NCBI RefSeq assembly: GCF_001194135.2 | Contig: NC_068984.1 | Location: forward strand, 82,421,527-82,485,526 | Length of the DNA: 64,000 bases | Direction of reading: 5' to 3' | Source of the DNA: Octopus bimaculoides | Taxonomy: Eukaryota | In this document: piece by piece, positions 11,990-22,825 of the stretch | Layout: each line of letters opens with the position of its first letter | Numbering within the stretch: the first letter of the stretch is position 1 | Made by a program: the position numbers and the translations under genes | Notes under the pieces: model-generated | Told to the model about the DNA's origin: nothing | Databases searched by the model: none | The model's input: only the letters and a program-made list of their open reading frames with translations

Positions 11990-14800
11990 TGCCCATATAA
12001 CGGTCTGGAGGTCTTACACGGTGTGAACGCCGAAGTGGTTCGGCAACAGGTGAAGGGCGGCATCATGAATTTCTTCATTTTCTAATGTGATGGGATTGTT
12101 TATAAATATAGGAGTTGTCTCAGAGTTAAAAGTTTCTGTGGGTGTTTCAACACCCACAGAGCTCATACCAGTTCCTCTTGGATACTTGATATGAGCATAA
12201 TATGGTTTGGATTCCAGTAGTTCTACTTCTTGAACCAGAGGTTCATCCTTATTACAAATATACTTTCTGAGTAGTACTTGACTAGGTTTAGTAAGTCACG
12301 TAGGCATGCTTGTACCACTAATGGATTTTTGTGAATACAAGAATAGTTGTTCGTGTGGAGTACAATTTGTAGCGATGCATAGCAGCAATCTAACTGAGTG
12401 TAACATATCAGGTAGGACAACTTCCCATACTCAAACAGGTAGGTTTCTAGATTCTAAACACAATGTAATAGTTTTCCACACTGAACCAACAAATACTTGC
12501 TTTGAGCATTTCTTGTTGGGTGATATGGAGTAGATCTACTCGTAGGGACACCTTTGGAATGTAAAAATGACTTTAGTTCTGACGACATTAACAATGAACC
12601 TCTATCTGAATGTATATACCCTGGAAGGCCGAAGATTGAAAACAAAGACGTAAGACCGGAAATAACAGTAGAGGAAGAATTATCCTTACAGGCAAAACCG
12701 AAAGGAAATCGTGAATATTCATCCACAACTATTAATAAGTGTATTTTAAGGGAGACGATGGCAGAGGACCTTTAAAATCTTTGCTTAGTCTGTCAAATGG
12801 ATGCATAGCAAGAATCAACTCTTGATTTTCAGGCCTATAGAATTGTGGTTTATATTTCTGGCAAGTAGAACACCGGGAAATAGCATTTTTTACATCGTCT
12901 ACAGAATACGGTAGATTACGAACTCTGATAAAATGCACCATATGTGCGATTCCAGGGTGACACAACCTTTTATGTAATTCAAAAAGTCCGTGTGGGAAGT
13001 AAGAGCAAATTTCTCTTGAAAGTGTGTCAGCAGCGGTATTTAATGAAGCTGCTCGATGCTGTACGTCATACTGGTAACGCATAAGCTCTAAATTCCACCT
13101 TTCAGTCTTCTCATTTTTTATCTTTGATGACGGGTGTTGAAAATGTAACCCACAGATTTTGGTATTACCAAGGTAAATCTTCGACCCATGAGGAAGTGGC
13201 ACCATTTCTTTATCGCTTCAACAATAGCATAAGCTTCTTTTTCAATGGCTGAATGGTGCTTTTCGGAAGAGTTGATCGTATGCAAGAAAAAGGCAGCCAG
13301 TCAGCCATCCTGGTTCAACGTAGTGGTGATAGGCACATTGGATGCATCTGTTTCGATTGAAAACAGCATATTATTGTCAATTCGCATCTTTACAGCATTT
13401 AGAATTGCGGTCATATTCGTGGGTCGGGTCTTTGATGGCATCAACTGCCTCTTTAGACAGTGTTAGTTTTTTTTATTTATTTTGATTTATGAAATTGTCA
13501 ATAATTCGCTGAAAACAAGCAACACCATTTGTTAATCCATAAGGAAGTCGTGTGAACTGATACAGACATCCATTTGCCTTGAATGTGATATAAATTTTAG
13601 TGTCTTTGTGGAGCACTACACAATATGCGCTACGTAAGTCTAAACGACTATAGTATTTGTAACTAGAGATCTTGTTTACTAAATCATCTAGATTCAGCAA
13701 GGGAAATTCAATATTTATCGTAGCTGAGAAATCAATAACTAGTGTTTTTTTTATGTATTGCTTTGAACCATATGTACTTGAGCTGTCCATGGTGAATTGC
13801 TTGGTTCGATGATGCCTTCTTTCAACAATAGCTTGATTCAAAAGAGATTATTTTGCTCATCCAACATTTAAAATTTTCTGGATTTCATAATCACTGGTTT
13901 ACAATCTAGTATTAGACGAGAGAACACTCGAGGGGGTTCTATTGTGATAGATGTTAAGGAACACCTCTAAGTTTGGATGTGGTCCCCCATAGTTCATCTT
14001 AACAGAAGAGTGCTTACTGAGGAAAGGTATTCCTAATATAACATCAGTGCACGAGTCGGGTAGTACTAGAGATTGAATGTCAGGATACTTTTGTCCTCGA
14101 AGAGTTATATTTAGTTTGCAGCATGCTTTGATAGACAACTTTAAATTAGCTGCAGCCATCGATTATAGTACCATTATATGAAGTAGGAAGCCGAAGAGGG
14201 TTAATCACAGATTTTGAAAGAATATTTTCTAAGCTTCCAGTGTCTAAGAGAGATTTTAATGAAAATTCATTTATAGATATTTCCATTATCGTCATGTTCA
14301 ATGCAGAAAGAACAGAAGCGAGCATACCAGTTTGAATGGATGCAGTAACTGAGCATTTAGACCTGCATACTTTTGAATAATGACCACTCTTCTTGCATTT
14401 CCTACATTCAGCATTTCGTTGGCCCATAACAATAGGTCTAACGTTTTGATGTATTACTAGCCACTGTACTAGTTTCCTTTAATCTTTCACTCCCTTTTAC
14501 ACCTGAAGACGTTTTCGATTTTTCACTTTGTTTCGCTGTAGCTACAGGGAGATTAATAGAGATTGATGAAGAATCATAAATTTGTGAACTGATATTAGTA
14601 ATTTCCAAGGCACATGCCTAATTGATTGCAGTAGTCAGAGTAAGCGATTTATTTTCAAGGAGTCTAGTTCAAATACCTTGAAGAAATTCCGAGAAGGGAA
14701 TTTTTCTTTCACTCATTTAATGAAACCAGCCCGAAGTAACAAATATGACCTCCATGGTGATCCTAGACTCTAATAATCATACAGTAAATTTTGCAAGTTT
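11990..14800 (-). mobile_element. Degenerate Ty3/Gypsy LTR retrotransposon internal region (gag-PR-RT-RNaseH-IN), antisense in CAD intron
   Basis: ORF track: zinc knuckle CRKCKKSGHYSKVC, protease LLDTGS, RT SRLDLRSAY / RLPYGLTNG, RNase H region, integrase HPFDRLSKDFKGPLP / IHSDRG / TPYHP; RT-RH-IN order is Gypsy-type; fragmented by frameshifts. Confidence 0.92.
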
Positions 14801-15050
14801 AATGTTCTTCATTTGAGAAAATTTTCTTTTCTTCATTTCATCATCGTTTTAAAGTTCACTTTTCTATGCTTGCTTGAGCCTTTCCCCTGTAATATACGAA
14901 CTTACCCAAATTAGAATTTTACATAAGATTTGAACTCTTGATTTAATGTGTAATAGCTCAACATCCTCTGCAGCTGTTGCATGTGTGTGCATATGTTTTT
15001 ATAAATTTATGTATTTAGTCATTTAATCTCTTGTATATTTATGTTTTCAG

Positions 15051-15222
15051 AGTATGATGGTCTTTTCATAAGTAATGGTCCAGGTGATCCAATGCTTTGC
15101 ACAGACACTATTAATAACTTGAAGCAACTGATTGATGATCCACGGTGTAAACCTATCTTTGGAATCTGTCTGGGACACCAACTGCTCTCACTTGCCATAG
15201 GAGCAAAAACGTATAAAATGAA
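15051..15222 (+). CDS. CAD: CAD exon (GATase, catalytic Cys), [14 protein letters not shown]...[20 protein letters not shown]
   Basis: tttcag acceptor, gtaggt donor, phase 1/2; oxyanion SNGPGDP and nucleophile GICLGHQ motifs. Confidence 0.97.
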
Positions 15223-15928
15223 GTAGGTTGATAGTACTTTCATGTATATCAAATTTTTTTCTACCACTTATTCATTCATTTGTTTATCTGAAGTACTGTT
15301 GAAAAGAAAAGCTGTTTACCAAAGTCTTGACCACCCCATCCTTTTAGGCATTGCATATCTAGAACTACATATTTAATGTGTCCAAGATGGGTGCAATTTG
15401 AGAAATATCATTGCCTAGGCACCACACATATGTTTAGACATGGGATTGAGATTTCTTGATAAAATGGTGGTTGTGGATGTTTCTGAGCTGAGCATTTTTC
15501 ACAGTCTCCTTTCTTTTATCAGGTGTCAGTAATAGAATTTTACCTGCAATAGATGGTTTCCAATTTAAGGTGTGTGTTTATGGTAGGAATGTTTTGTCCA
15601 TTTTACATCATAAAACCTGGACTCTCCACATATGAACACTCATTTTGTTTTATAATTATATCTATCTGTACGCATGTGTGTGTGAAAGAGAGAGAGAGAT
15701 GGGGTAACTAGGTTTCTCAAAACAGCCACCCCACTCATGATAAGTATCAATATTCGTAAAATAAGATTTTTTTTAAGCCAACGCCCTTCCCTCATTTAAG
15801 TGAAGACTTTTCCCATGTTCTTATACCATCTTTTCACATGGTTTCAAACAAACTTTTATATAAGAAAAAGTCTGGAATTCAATGAAATTCTTGATGGTTT
15901 ATGTTGGCAGCAATTAGCACTTATAGTT

Positions 15929-16540
15929 CAGTGAAACATGGACCGTGACTGCTGAGGATATGTGTAAGCTTGCAAGGAATGAAGCCAGTATGCTCTGCTG
16001 GATGTGTAATGTTAGTGTGCATACACGACAAAGTGTAAGTGCTCTGAGAGAAAAGTTGGATTTAAGAAGCATCAGATGTGGTGTGCAAGACAGACAACTG
16101 TGCTGGTATGGTCATGTGTTGCGAATGAATGAGGACAGCTGTGTAAAAAAGTGTTGCATCCTAGCAGTTGAGGGAGACCCAGGAAACCTGGGATGAGGTG
16201 GTGAAGCACGACCTTCAAACATTGGGCCTTACCGAGGTAATGACTAGTGACCAAGACCTTTGGAGATATGCTGTGCTTGAGAAGACCCGATCAGCCAAGT
16301 GAGACCATAGCCCGTGGCCTATGCCAGTGAGTGTAACCAGCCAACTTATGAATACCCCTCATTCATTGGACAATAAACTTTGCTTGCGAAGACCTATTGA
16401 GGCAAGTGAAATGAAAATCAAAATTTCTGACGTGGCCGATGACAGTACTGCCTGATTGTCACTCATATCAGTGGAACATTAAAAGCACATCCGAATGTGG
16501 GGTGTAACCGGTCCACGAGTACCTCTCATTCATTGGACAA
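15929..16540 (+). mobile_element. RTE-clade LINE ORF2 C-terminus plus partial 3' UTR
   Basis: MTAEDMCKLARNEASMLCWMCNV...LCWYGHVLRM (RLRWxGHV motif); near-identical to 58370-58960. Confidence 0.88.
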
Positions 16541-16577
16541 TGTGCTTTATTTTAATATATTTTTATTTTTTATGCAG

Positions 16578-16763
16578 GTATGGTAACCGTGGTCACAATC
16601 AACCTTGCACTCACTTGGACACCAGTAGATGCTTCATCACCACTCAGAACCATGGCTTTGCTGTAGATGCTAAAACATTGCCAGATGGCTGGTCTCCATT
16701 GTTCATTAATGAAAATGATCAAACAAATGAAGGTGTTATTCATCATACTAAACCTTTTTTCAG
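16578..16763 (+). CDS. CAD: CAD exon (GATase), [10 protein letters not shown]...TQNHGFAVD...[12 protein letters not shown]
   Basis: tgcag acceptor, gtaaga donor, phase 2/2. Confidence 0.97.
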
Positions 16764-17430
16764 GTAAGAGTCAGCTTTGGGGTTGGTGTAGTTTAGCCAT
16801 AGGTAAGTTTTGAACACAACCGTTTTATACTTTTGTGTATCAGTCTATGCTATCTAATATGTCCTTCCTCTTTTTTTAAATGGATTTTGTTTCTAGCATA
16901 AGGCTCATGGTTTGTTGTTGCTGTTTACTCCCAAGTCAAACTCATGACCAGAATCATTCCAGCCATGTATTTTCAGATCTAGTGTACCTTAAACATTACT
17001 TAATGTTTTTTTTGTTTTTTTTTCTTTCTCACAGACAGATGTAATTTAAAGGAAATTGATTGACCTGATGTTTAGGACATGATGACAACATACTGAACAC
17101 TATTTATCTAACTGTATTGACAAACTATTTCTAACACCCTCACACACACGCAATTGTGTAACAATGTAGACAAGATGAACTGTTAAATGCCTGCTTGGTT
17201 ATTTACAACTATCAGTGTATCTGAATTGGTAATTAATTTAACTCCCCTAACTCGTTAAAAGCAACAGTAATTTAATCTAGTCATACTAACATGGATAAAC
17301 CAATGTAAAGCACTATAGAAAGTTAGTGACCCACTAATGAGGCTTTTGATTTACTATTCCATTGATGTTTCATTTTGTTTGTTTTTTTCTATTATTATTA
17401 TTATTATTATTAATTTCATTCGTATTGCAG

Positions 17431-17532
17431 TGTTCAGTTTCATCCCGAACACACTGCTGGTCCTGAAGATTTGGAGTTCCTGTTTGATGTATTTGTGGAA
17501 CAAGTACGTGCAGTGAAAGCTGGACATGCCAA
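17431..17532 (+). CDS. CAD: CAD exon (GATase end, catalytic His/Glu), [34 protein letters not shown]
   Basis: tgcag acceptor; best donor aa/gtaagg at 17533 (phase 2); weaker phase-0 donors exist at 17504 and 17513. Confidence 0.9.
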
Positions 17533-17832
17533 GTAAGGGGAAAATAATTTTGAATGTTTGTTGTCTCCTCTTTTGACGTAGTTCACTTCACATTGTGTAT
17601 ATGTGTATTTGTTAGTGTGTGCCTGCAAACAATTGGTTGTATGTGTATGCAAGTGATGTTCAATCATTCATGTCTGGTTTGAGCAATTAGATAAGATGAA
17701 AACTGATTTTGTAAATATAATACTTGACTTTGTTTCTGTACAAGTTATTTAACAATACCAAGCCTGCAGCATTGTTTGTTTGGGTGCAAATGACAGCTTT
17801 GAACTGGAAGCTTCATGATATCTGGCTTACTC

Positions 17833-18046
17833 AAGGCAGCGAGCTGGTAGAAACGTTGGCACGCCGGGTGAAATGCTTGGCAGTATTTCGTCTGTCTTTA
17901 TGTTCTGAGTTCAAAATCTGCCGAGGTCGACTTTGCCTTTCATCATTTCGGGGTCGATAAATTAAGTATTAGTTGCGTGCTGAGGTCGACCTAATCAACT
18001 GGCCCCCTTCCCAAAAATTTCAGGCCTTGTGTCTAGAGTAGAAAAG
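17833..18046 (+). mobile_element. tRNA-derived SINE with perfect 16-bp target-site duplication
   Basis: gatatctggcttactc at 17817-17832 and 18047-18062 flanks a full SINE body. Confidence 0.88.
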
Positions 18047-18918
18047 GATATCTGGCTTACTCCATTGATTTCATTCTGAGTTAAATCTTGCTTAGTATCA
18101 CTGAAACTAAAAGATTACTTTGAAATCAACCACAACTCCTCACAGCAGAATTTTAAGAATATATAAATATGACTTTAGCTTGGGGACTATGAATTACTTG
18201 TTCTTGCTGTTTACAGTGATGAAGTGATTGCCAACCCCTGGTCCTTTTTATGGTTGGTGAAAATTAAATAGCCAATTGGATATGATGCTGGACTAACAGT
18301 TCAAATTCATTGTGGTTGTTTAGTTGGATGCTTTTAATTGAAAATTTTACTTCATCTAGCTCTTGGGAATTGGTACTAAATTATTTGAGGTTTCTTGAAA
18401 GAGGCTGGTATCCTATCCAGATAGTTTCATTTCATGTAGTGTTGATTCTTATAAAATACCCTTTTGTAGCTCAAGATATATTCTTATCTTGCATTGTCTA
18501 CAACAGAGTTGACATGGGGGTAGAATATATTTGCATTAATTATGCAAACTTCATAGTGACGGAGAGATGAATATTTACCCTTCACTTATTAGTTCAATAC
18601 CTTTTGTCTCAGTCTTTTACAACTTTCTGGTAAAATAAAGTTGCTTCTCAGGCCCTTAAATGGTCCCTTAGGAGCTGGTACTTAGTGTTGTTGTCACTTG
18701 AATTTGGTTGTTTAGATTCATTTCTGCCACTGTAAAGGAGAAAACACCAAATTATATGTTGATCCCCACCTAAAAATCCTCTACCTTCAACTACCAAATT
18801 CTGTGCTGGTCCACACACACATACCAGATTCTGTTTTGATCATCTCTCCCCTACCAAATTTTGTAGAAAACTGTTTATAACAATTTTGCATAATATTTAA
18901 TCTGTTCTTTTCACATAG

Positions 18919-19057
18919 GTTTTCTATACGTGAGAGCATTCGGCAGAAGTTAAACTATGTTTGTAACCCAATGCCTCCTTGCCGGAAGGTACTGTTACTC
19001 GGCTCAGGTGGACTTTCTATTGGGCAAGCAGGAGAATTTGATTACTCTGGTTCACAG
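18919..19057 (+). CDS. CAD: CAD exon at GATase/CPS boundary, ...[30 protein letters not shown], with in-frame TAA at 18950-18952
   Basis: cacatag acceptor, gtcagt donor, 139 nt fits phase 2/0; 3' part is the unmistakable start of the CPS large-subunit domain, 5' part is interrupted (see findings). Confidence 0.8.
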
Positions 19058-21610
19058 GTCAGTCATTTTCAGGATGTGATTTCACATCTAATGTTACATT
19101 TAGTATAATGTGATGTGTAACATAATTTGTGTATGATGTGTGACTGTTATAGTGCATTTATTGTTTGGACTTGGTTATAAGTTTATCTATCTATGTAAGG
19201 CTGATTTCGTTGTACAGGAGAGAAAACCTGACATATTCAATTTATGCTTGAGGGTGTTATAAAAATATGCACTCCTTATATAGATGTGTAATGTGTTTGT
19301 GTGTATGTATGTGTTTATGCATAAATAAAATCTCCCAGCTGCCAACAAGATTTTATATTTAAAAAAAATGTTAGATGGTCAGAGAGGAGAATGGTGAGAT
19401 TAATGTTAATGTTCAGCATGAATGTAAGTAGACTGAAAGTAAAATCCAGAAGATTGCATACATCCTGGGCGAGCATTTAAGTGTGTTTCATGTATAATGT
19501 AGGAAGTGAGAAAAAAGGGTTACAAGACAAAGAAAGACAAATAGGTGTGGTGGGAAGATTGTGCAACCAACTAGTTCAGAGAACCAGAGGTAGTTTTAGT
19601 AACTATATAAAAGGCTGAGAGAAGAAACGAGTAAATGTAGTGTATTGATGAATGACCTTCTTTGGATGGGGTCTTGGATATTACTGTGTTGGTAGCAGTA
19701 CTATGACCTTTGTAGCTTAACAGCTGATCAGGGTTGAAGTATTTGGTTACTTGAAAGAGAAACTTTACTCTTTGTGCTGCAGTTTTGACATTGTGAAGTT
19801 TTGTATTTGTGTTCATAATCAAAACACTTGAGGTACAAAACTCTTTGTTATGTATTAACTGTACTTTCCACACTGTGCATTAAGCACTTAGCCTTGACTC
19901 CCCTTCCTCTCCAAATGTACAACCTGCTGGACTTCAGTCAGTCCACATTTTCAAACTGATCAATAACCACATCAATCTCACCAGTCTCCTCTCTGACCAT
20001 CTTAGATCTCTTGAGTATTTGTGCTGTTAAGAGATGAGGCTGTCCTAAACTCTTTGAAGAATGCTCTGAAAATCTCAATTTATGGAATTTGTTGTAAGAT
20101 GCTTACATTGTCTGGCTGTGCAGAAAAATGAAGATTAGTATAATCTTGATTGAAATGTTAGTGACACAGTTTTTTTCTTTTTTTAAGAGGGTGGTAGACA
20201 TTACTGGTGTCTTGGGATACACCAGTGCATATACAGACTGGTATGAAGGGAACTGTGTGAATATATGTTGTATGGGTAGTTTGACAGGAAGTTTCTGATA
20301 TAAAGAAGGAGTGAATGGGGTCTCTTGATAGGCAAAAGTGTATTCAAAGTTTGCTACTCTATTTTTTTGTCCTAACCAGTCTTTGCTATGCACAAATCAT
20401 TATATCTTACTACTAATGATAAAATGCACCCAGTGCATTCTGTAAAATGGTTTGCAATAGGATAGGTATCCATCTGTAAAAATTGTTAAAAATGAAAATG
20501 CTATATACAATAAAAGCGATTGGCAGTTTTTCCCATTGCTGTGTTAGATGATAAAGCAGTAGGACATATAACTCACTGTTTGACTTGTCCAACTTCCCCT
20601 GCCAGTCATGGATGGGATTGACCCAATCTACTTACACTTACAAATTTAAGGCCTTGTATCAATATTAGAAATTATTATCAAGAGGACTCTGTTTTGATAG
20701 ACATGGTAGTGCAAGATAAACTACCTTTACTTTCTGAATTAGAGTGAGTACTGGGTACAAAATGCTGTATACAAGTAGAAGACATGGGAAAAGAAGTCAA
20801 AGCTCAGGATGCTGGGCCATATAAATGAGCTGTCACAAGACTGAGATAAGTGGTATTCCATATGGTACATTTGTCTAGTCCATGTAAATATGGAAAAATA
20901 TGATGAAGATTTTGACCTATAAAGATATGTGTGAGTATCAACTATCTAAATTTGCAATCAAATCTACCACAAGCTGTTTTAAAAATCTATTTATCCTTTG
21001 TCTGTCAAAAACAAGCTCCTGGCTCCTTTGACTACCCTATCTCATTTATATTTTAAATTTTTATTTTACAGTCCTTTGTTCGTGCTGGGACAAGTGAGAG
21101 ATTAAATATTTTTTATTCTTTTGCGTGTAAATTCTTTTTTATGAAAATCTATGCATTTCTTATCTTTAGAGCAATTAGCTTTGTTTAGAAATTCTAAATG
21201 GCAATATGCATAAAAAATGTTTAAAAAAATAAAATTAATTTGAAAGACATGATGATAATAATTGCAAGTTTTTTTATTGATATAGAGCAATTGTTTTTCA
21301 TTAGGGTGATCTTACTTCTAATCACTTGAACAGTGAAGTGACCAAGCTAACAAAGTTTTTATGTGGTCACTCAGATTCTAGTAATTGCTGCCAATTCTCC
21401 ATCTCTTTCAAATTCACACCCTATCGTCTTTTAAGTGGGAGTGGAATCTCAAGCCAGCAGAGTTGTGCACTGCTTCCGTATACCACAACAGAATGGTTTG
21501 GCTGCAGTAAAAGTTGAACTTTTGACAGATAATAGCATGTCAACAATTGCTTGATCAGTCAACCAAGCCATGAATCTAATCAGTATATATGTTTGTTTGT
21601 TTTTTTGCAG

Positions 21611-21742
21611 GCTATCAAAGCTTTAACTGAAGAAGGTATTCAGATCATTCTAATCAATCCCAACATTGCAACAGTACAGACATCAAAGTGGTTGGCTGAT
21701 AAAGTGTATTTCCTCCCTATCACTGCAGACTATGTCACAGAT
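21611..21742 (+). CDS. CAD: CAD exon (CPS), [44 protein letters not shown]
   Basis: tgcag/gtaagt, 132 nt phase 0/0. Confidence 0.96.
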
Positions 21743-22591
21743 GTAAGTTCTTTGTGCTGTTAATTTGTTCATCTATGACAGCTATTTTTCTCATTAAAAG
21801 TTTATCATGTGATAAAAAAATACAATTTTAGTCAGTGACTAATAAAGTTTATCGTTAACTGAAAATTTTATAATTATCTAGAACTGCAGTTGACAGTTAA
21901 TTACCTGTACATAAGTAACACAAGACAGGTATGGCTTACTTTTGTAGTGCTGGGAAATAGGCAAGCATTTGATGCTCTTGGATACTGAGTTGAAATGTTC
22001 TGATACACATAGCTTTAAGAGGGATGGCATCTGCCAAATTAACTTTGTCAGGTGTGGCCTAAATAGTCTCTTGCCAGAATTTGTGACTAAATCTTCCATC
22101 AAATGAAGCCCTAAGCAAGGCAGAACACATTGAATAGTATAGCTCTAGATATATTTTGTATGAAAATAAAATTGGGTTGTCATTGCTGGAACACTTTTAA
22201 TTATAGTTCAGCTCAGTCAGAGTAGTGTTAGGAAAGGAAGACAATCTTCAGTGATGTTCCAGTCTGTTTAGCTATCTCTTGTTGACTGATTGCTAAACTA
22301 TGGCAGTAGAGTCTTATCAAGAGAAACTGTTTATCCACCTGTTATATCTGCCATCTTGACTGAAATCAGAACTCAACTCTGTAGTATTTCCTGTTTTTTT
22401 TTTTTTTCAGATCCTGTCTTTGTTGATAAAATATGTGTCTTCTAACTTACAAATCTCATGGCAGATCCGTCAGAGAAATGAATTATAGTAGTTGTTTGTT
22501 ATTGTTTATTTAATACGGCTTTGTTTCAGGTCTGATCTGAAGAATCTGCAATTGTCTAAATATTAGTGATATATCTTGTCTTTCATTATAG

Positions 22592-22825
22592 GTGATTAAA
22601 AATGAAAGGCCTGATGGTGTTCTTCTAACATTTGGAGGTCAAACTGCTCTGAACTGTGGCTTTGAGTTGACCAAGCTGGGTGTATTTGAGAAATATGGTG
22701 TCAAAGTTTTGGGTACTCAAGTACATTCCATTGAGAGAACTGAAGACAGGAAAATATTTGCTGACAACATGGCAGAGATTAATGAACAAGTACCACCAAG
22801 TGAAGCAGCTTACACTGTAGAAGCG
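22592..22825 (+). CDS. CAD: CAD exon (CPS), [23 protein letters not shown]...TEDRKIFA...SEAAYTVEA
   Basis: ag/gtaagt, 234 nt phase 0/0. Confidence 0.96.

Noticed and set aside
17504-17513. Upstream phase-0 donors (caa/gtacgt, gca/gtgaaa) as the fix for the broken junction
   Set aside because: They enter the VSIRES frame, which still stops at 18964, so they do not rescue CAD without an extra indel.
17582-17594. 13-nt microexon after the 17533 donor
   Set aside because: Would need a 49-nt intron and a poor donor, and still leads to the 18964 stop.
18958-18988. 31-nt GT-AG mini-intron that would restore frame (KLNY|VLLLGSGG)
   Set aside because: Too short for a typical metazoan intron and removes the conserved RK before VLxLGSG.
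19560-20350. Possible L1/Tx1 RT relic
   Set aside because: Only a faint GSLTGSF..KEGV resemblance with several stops; not supportable without a profile search.
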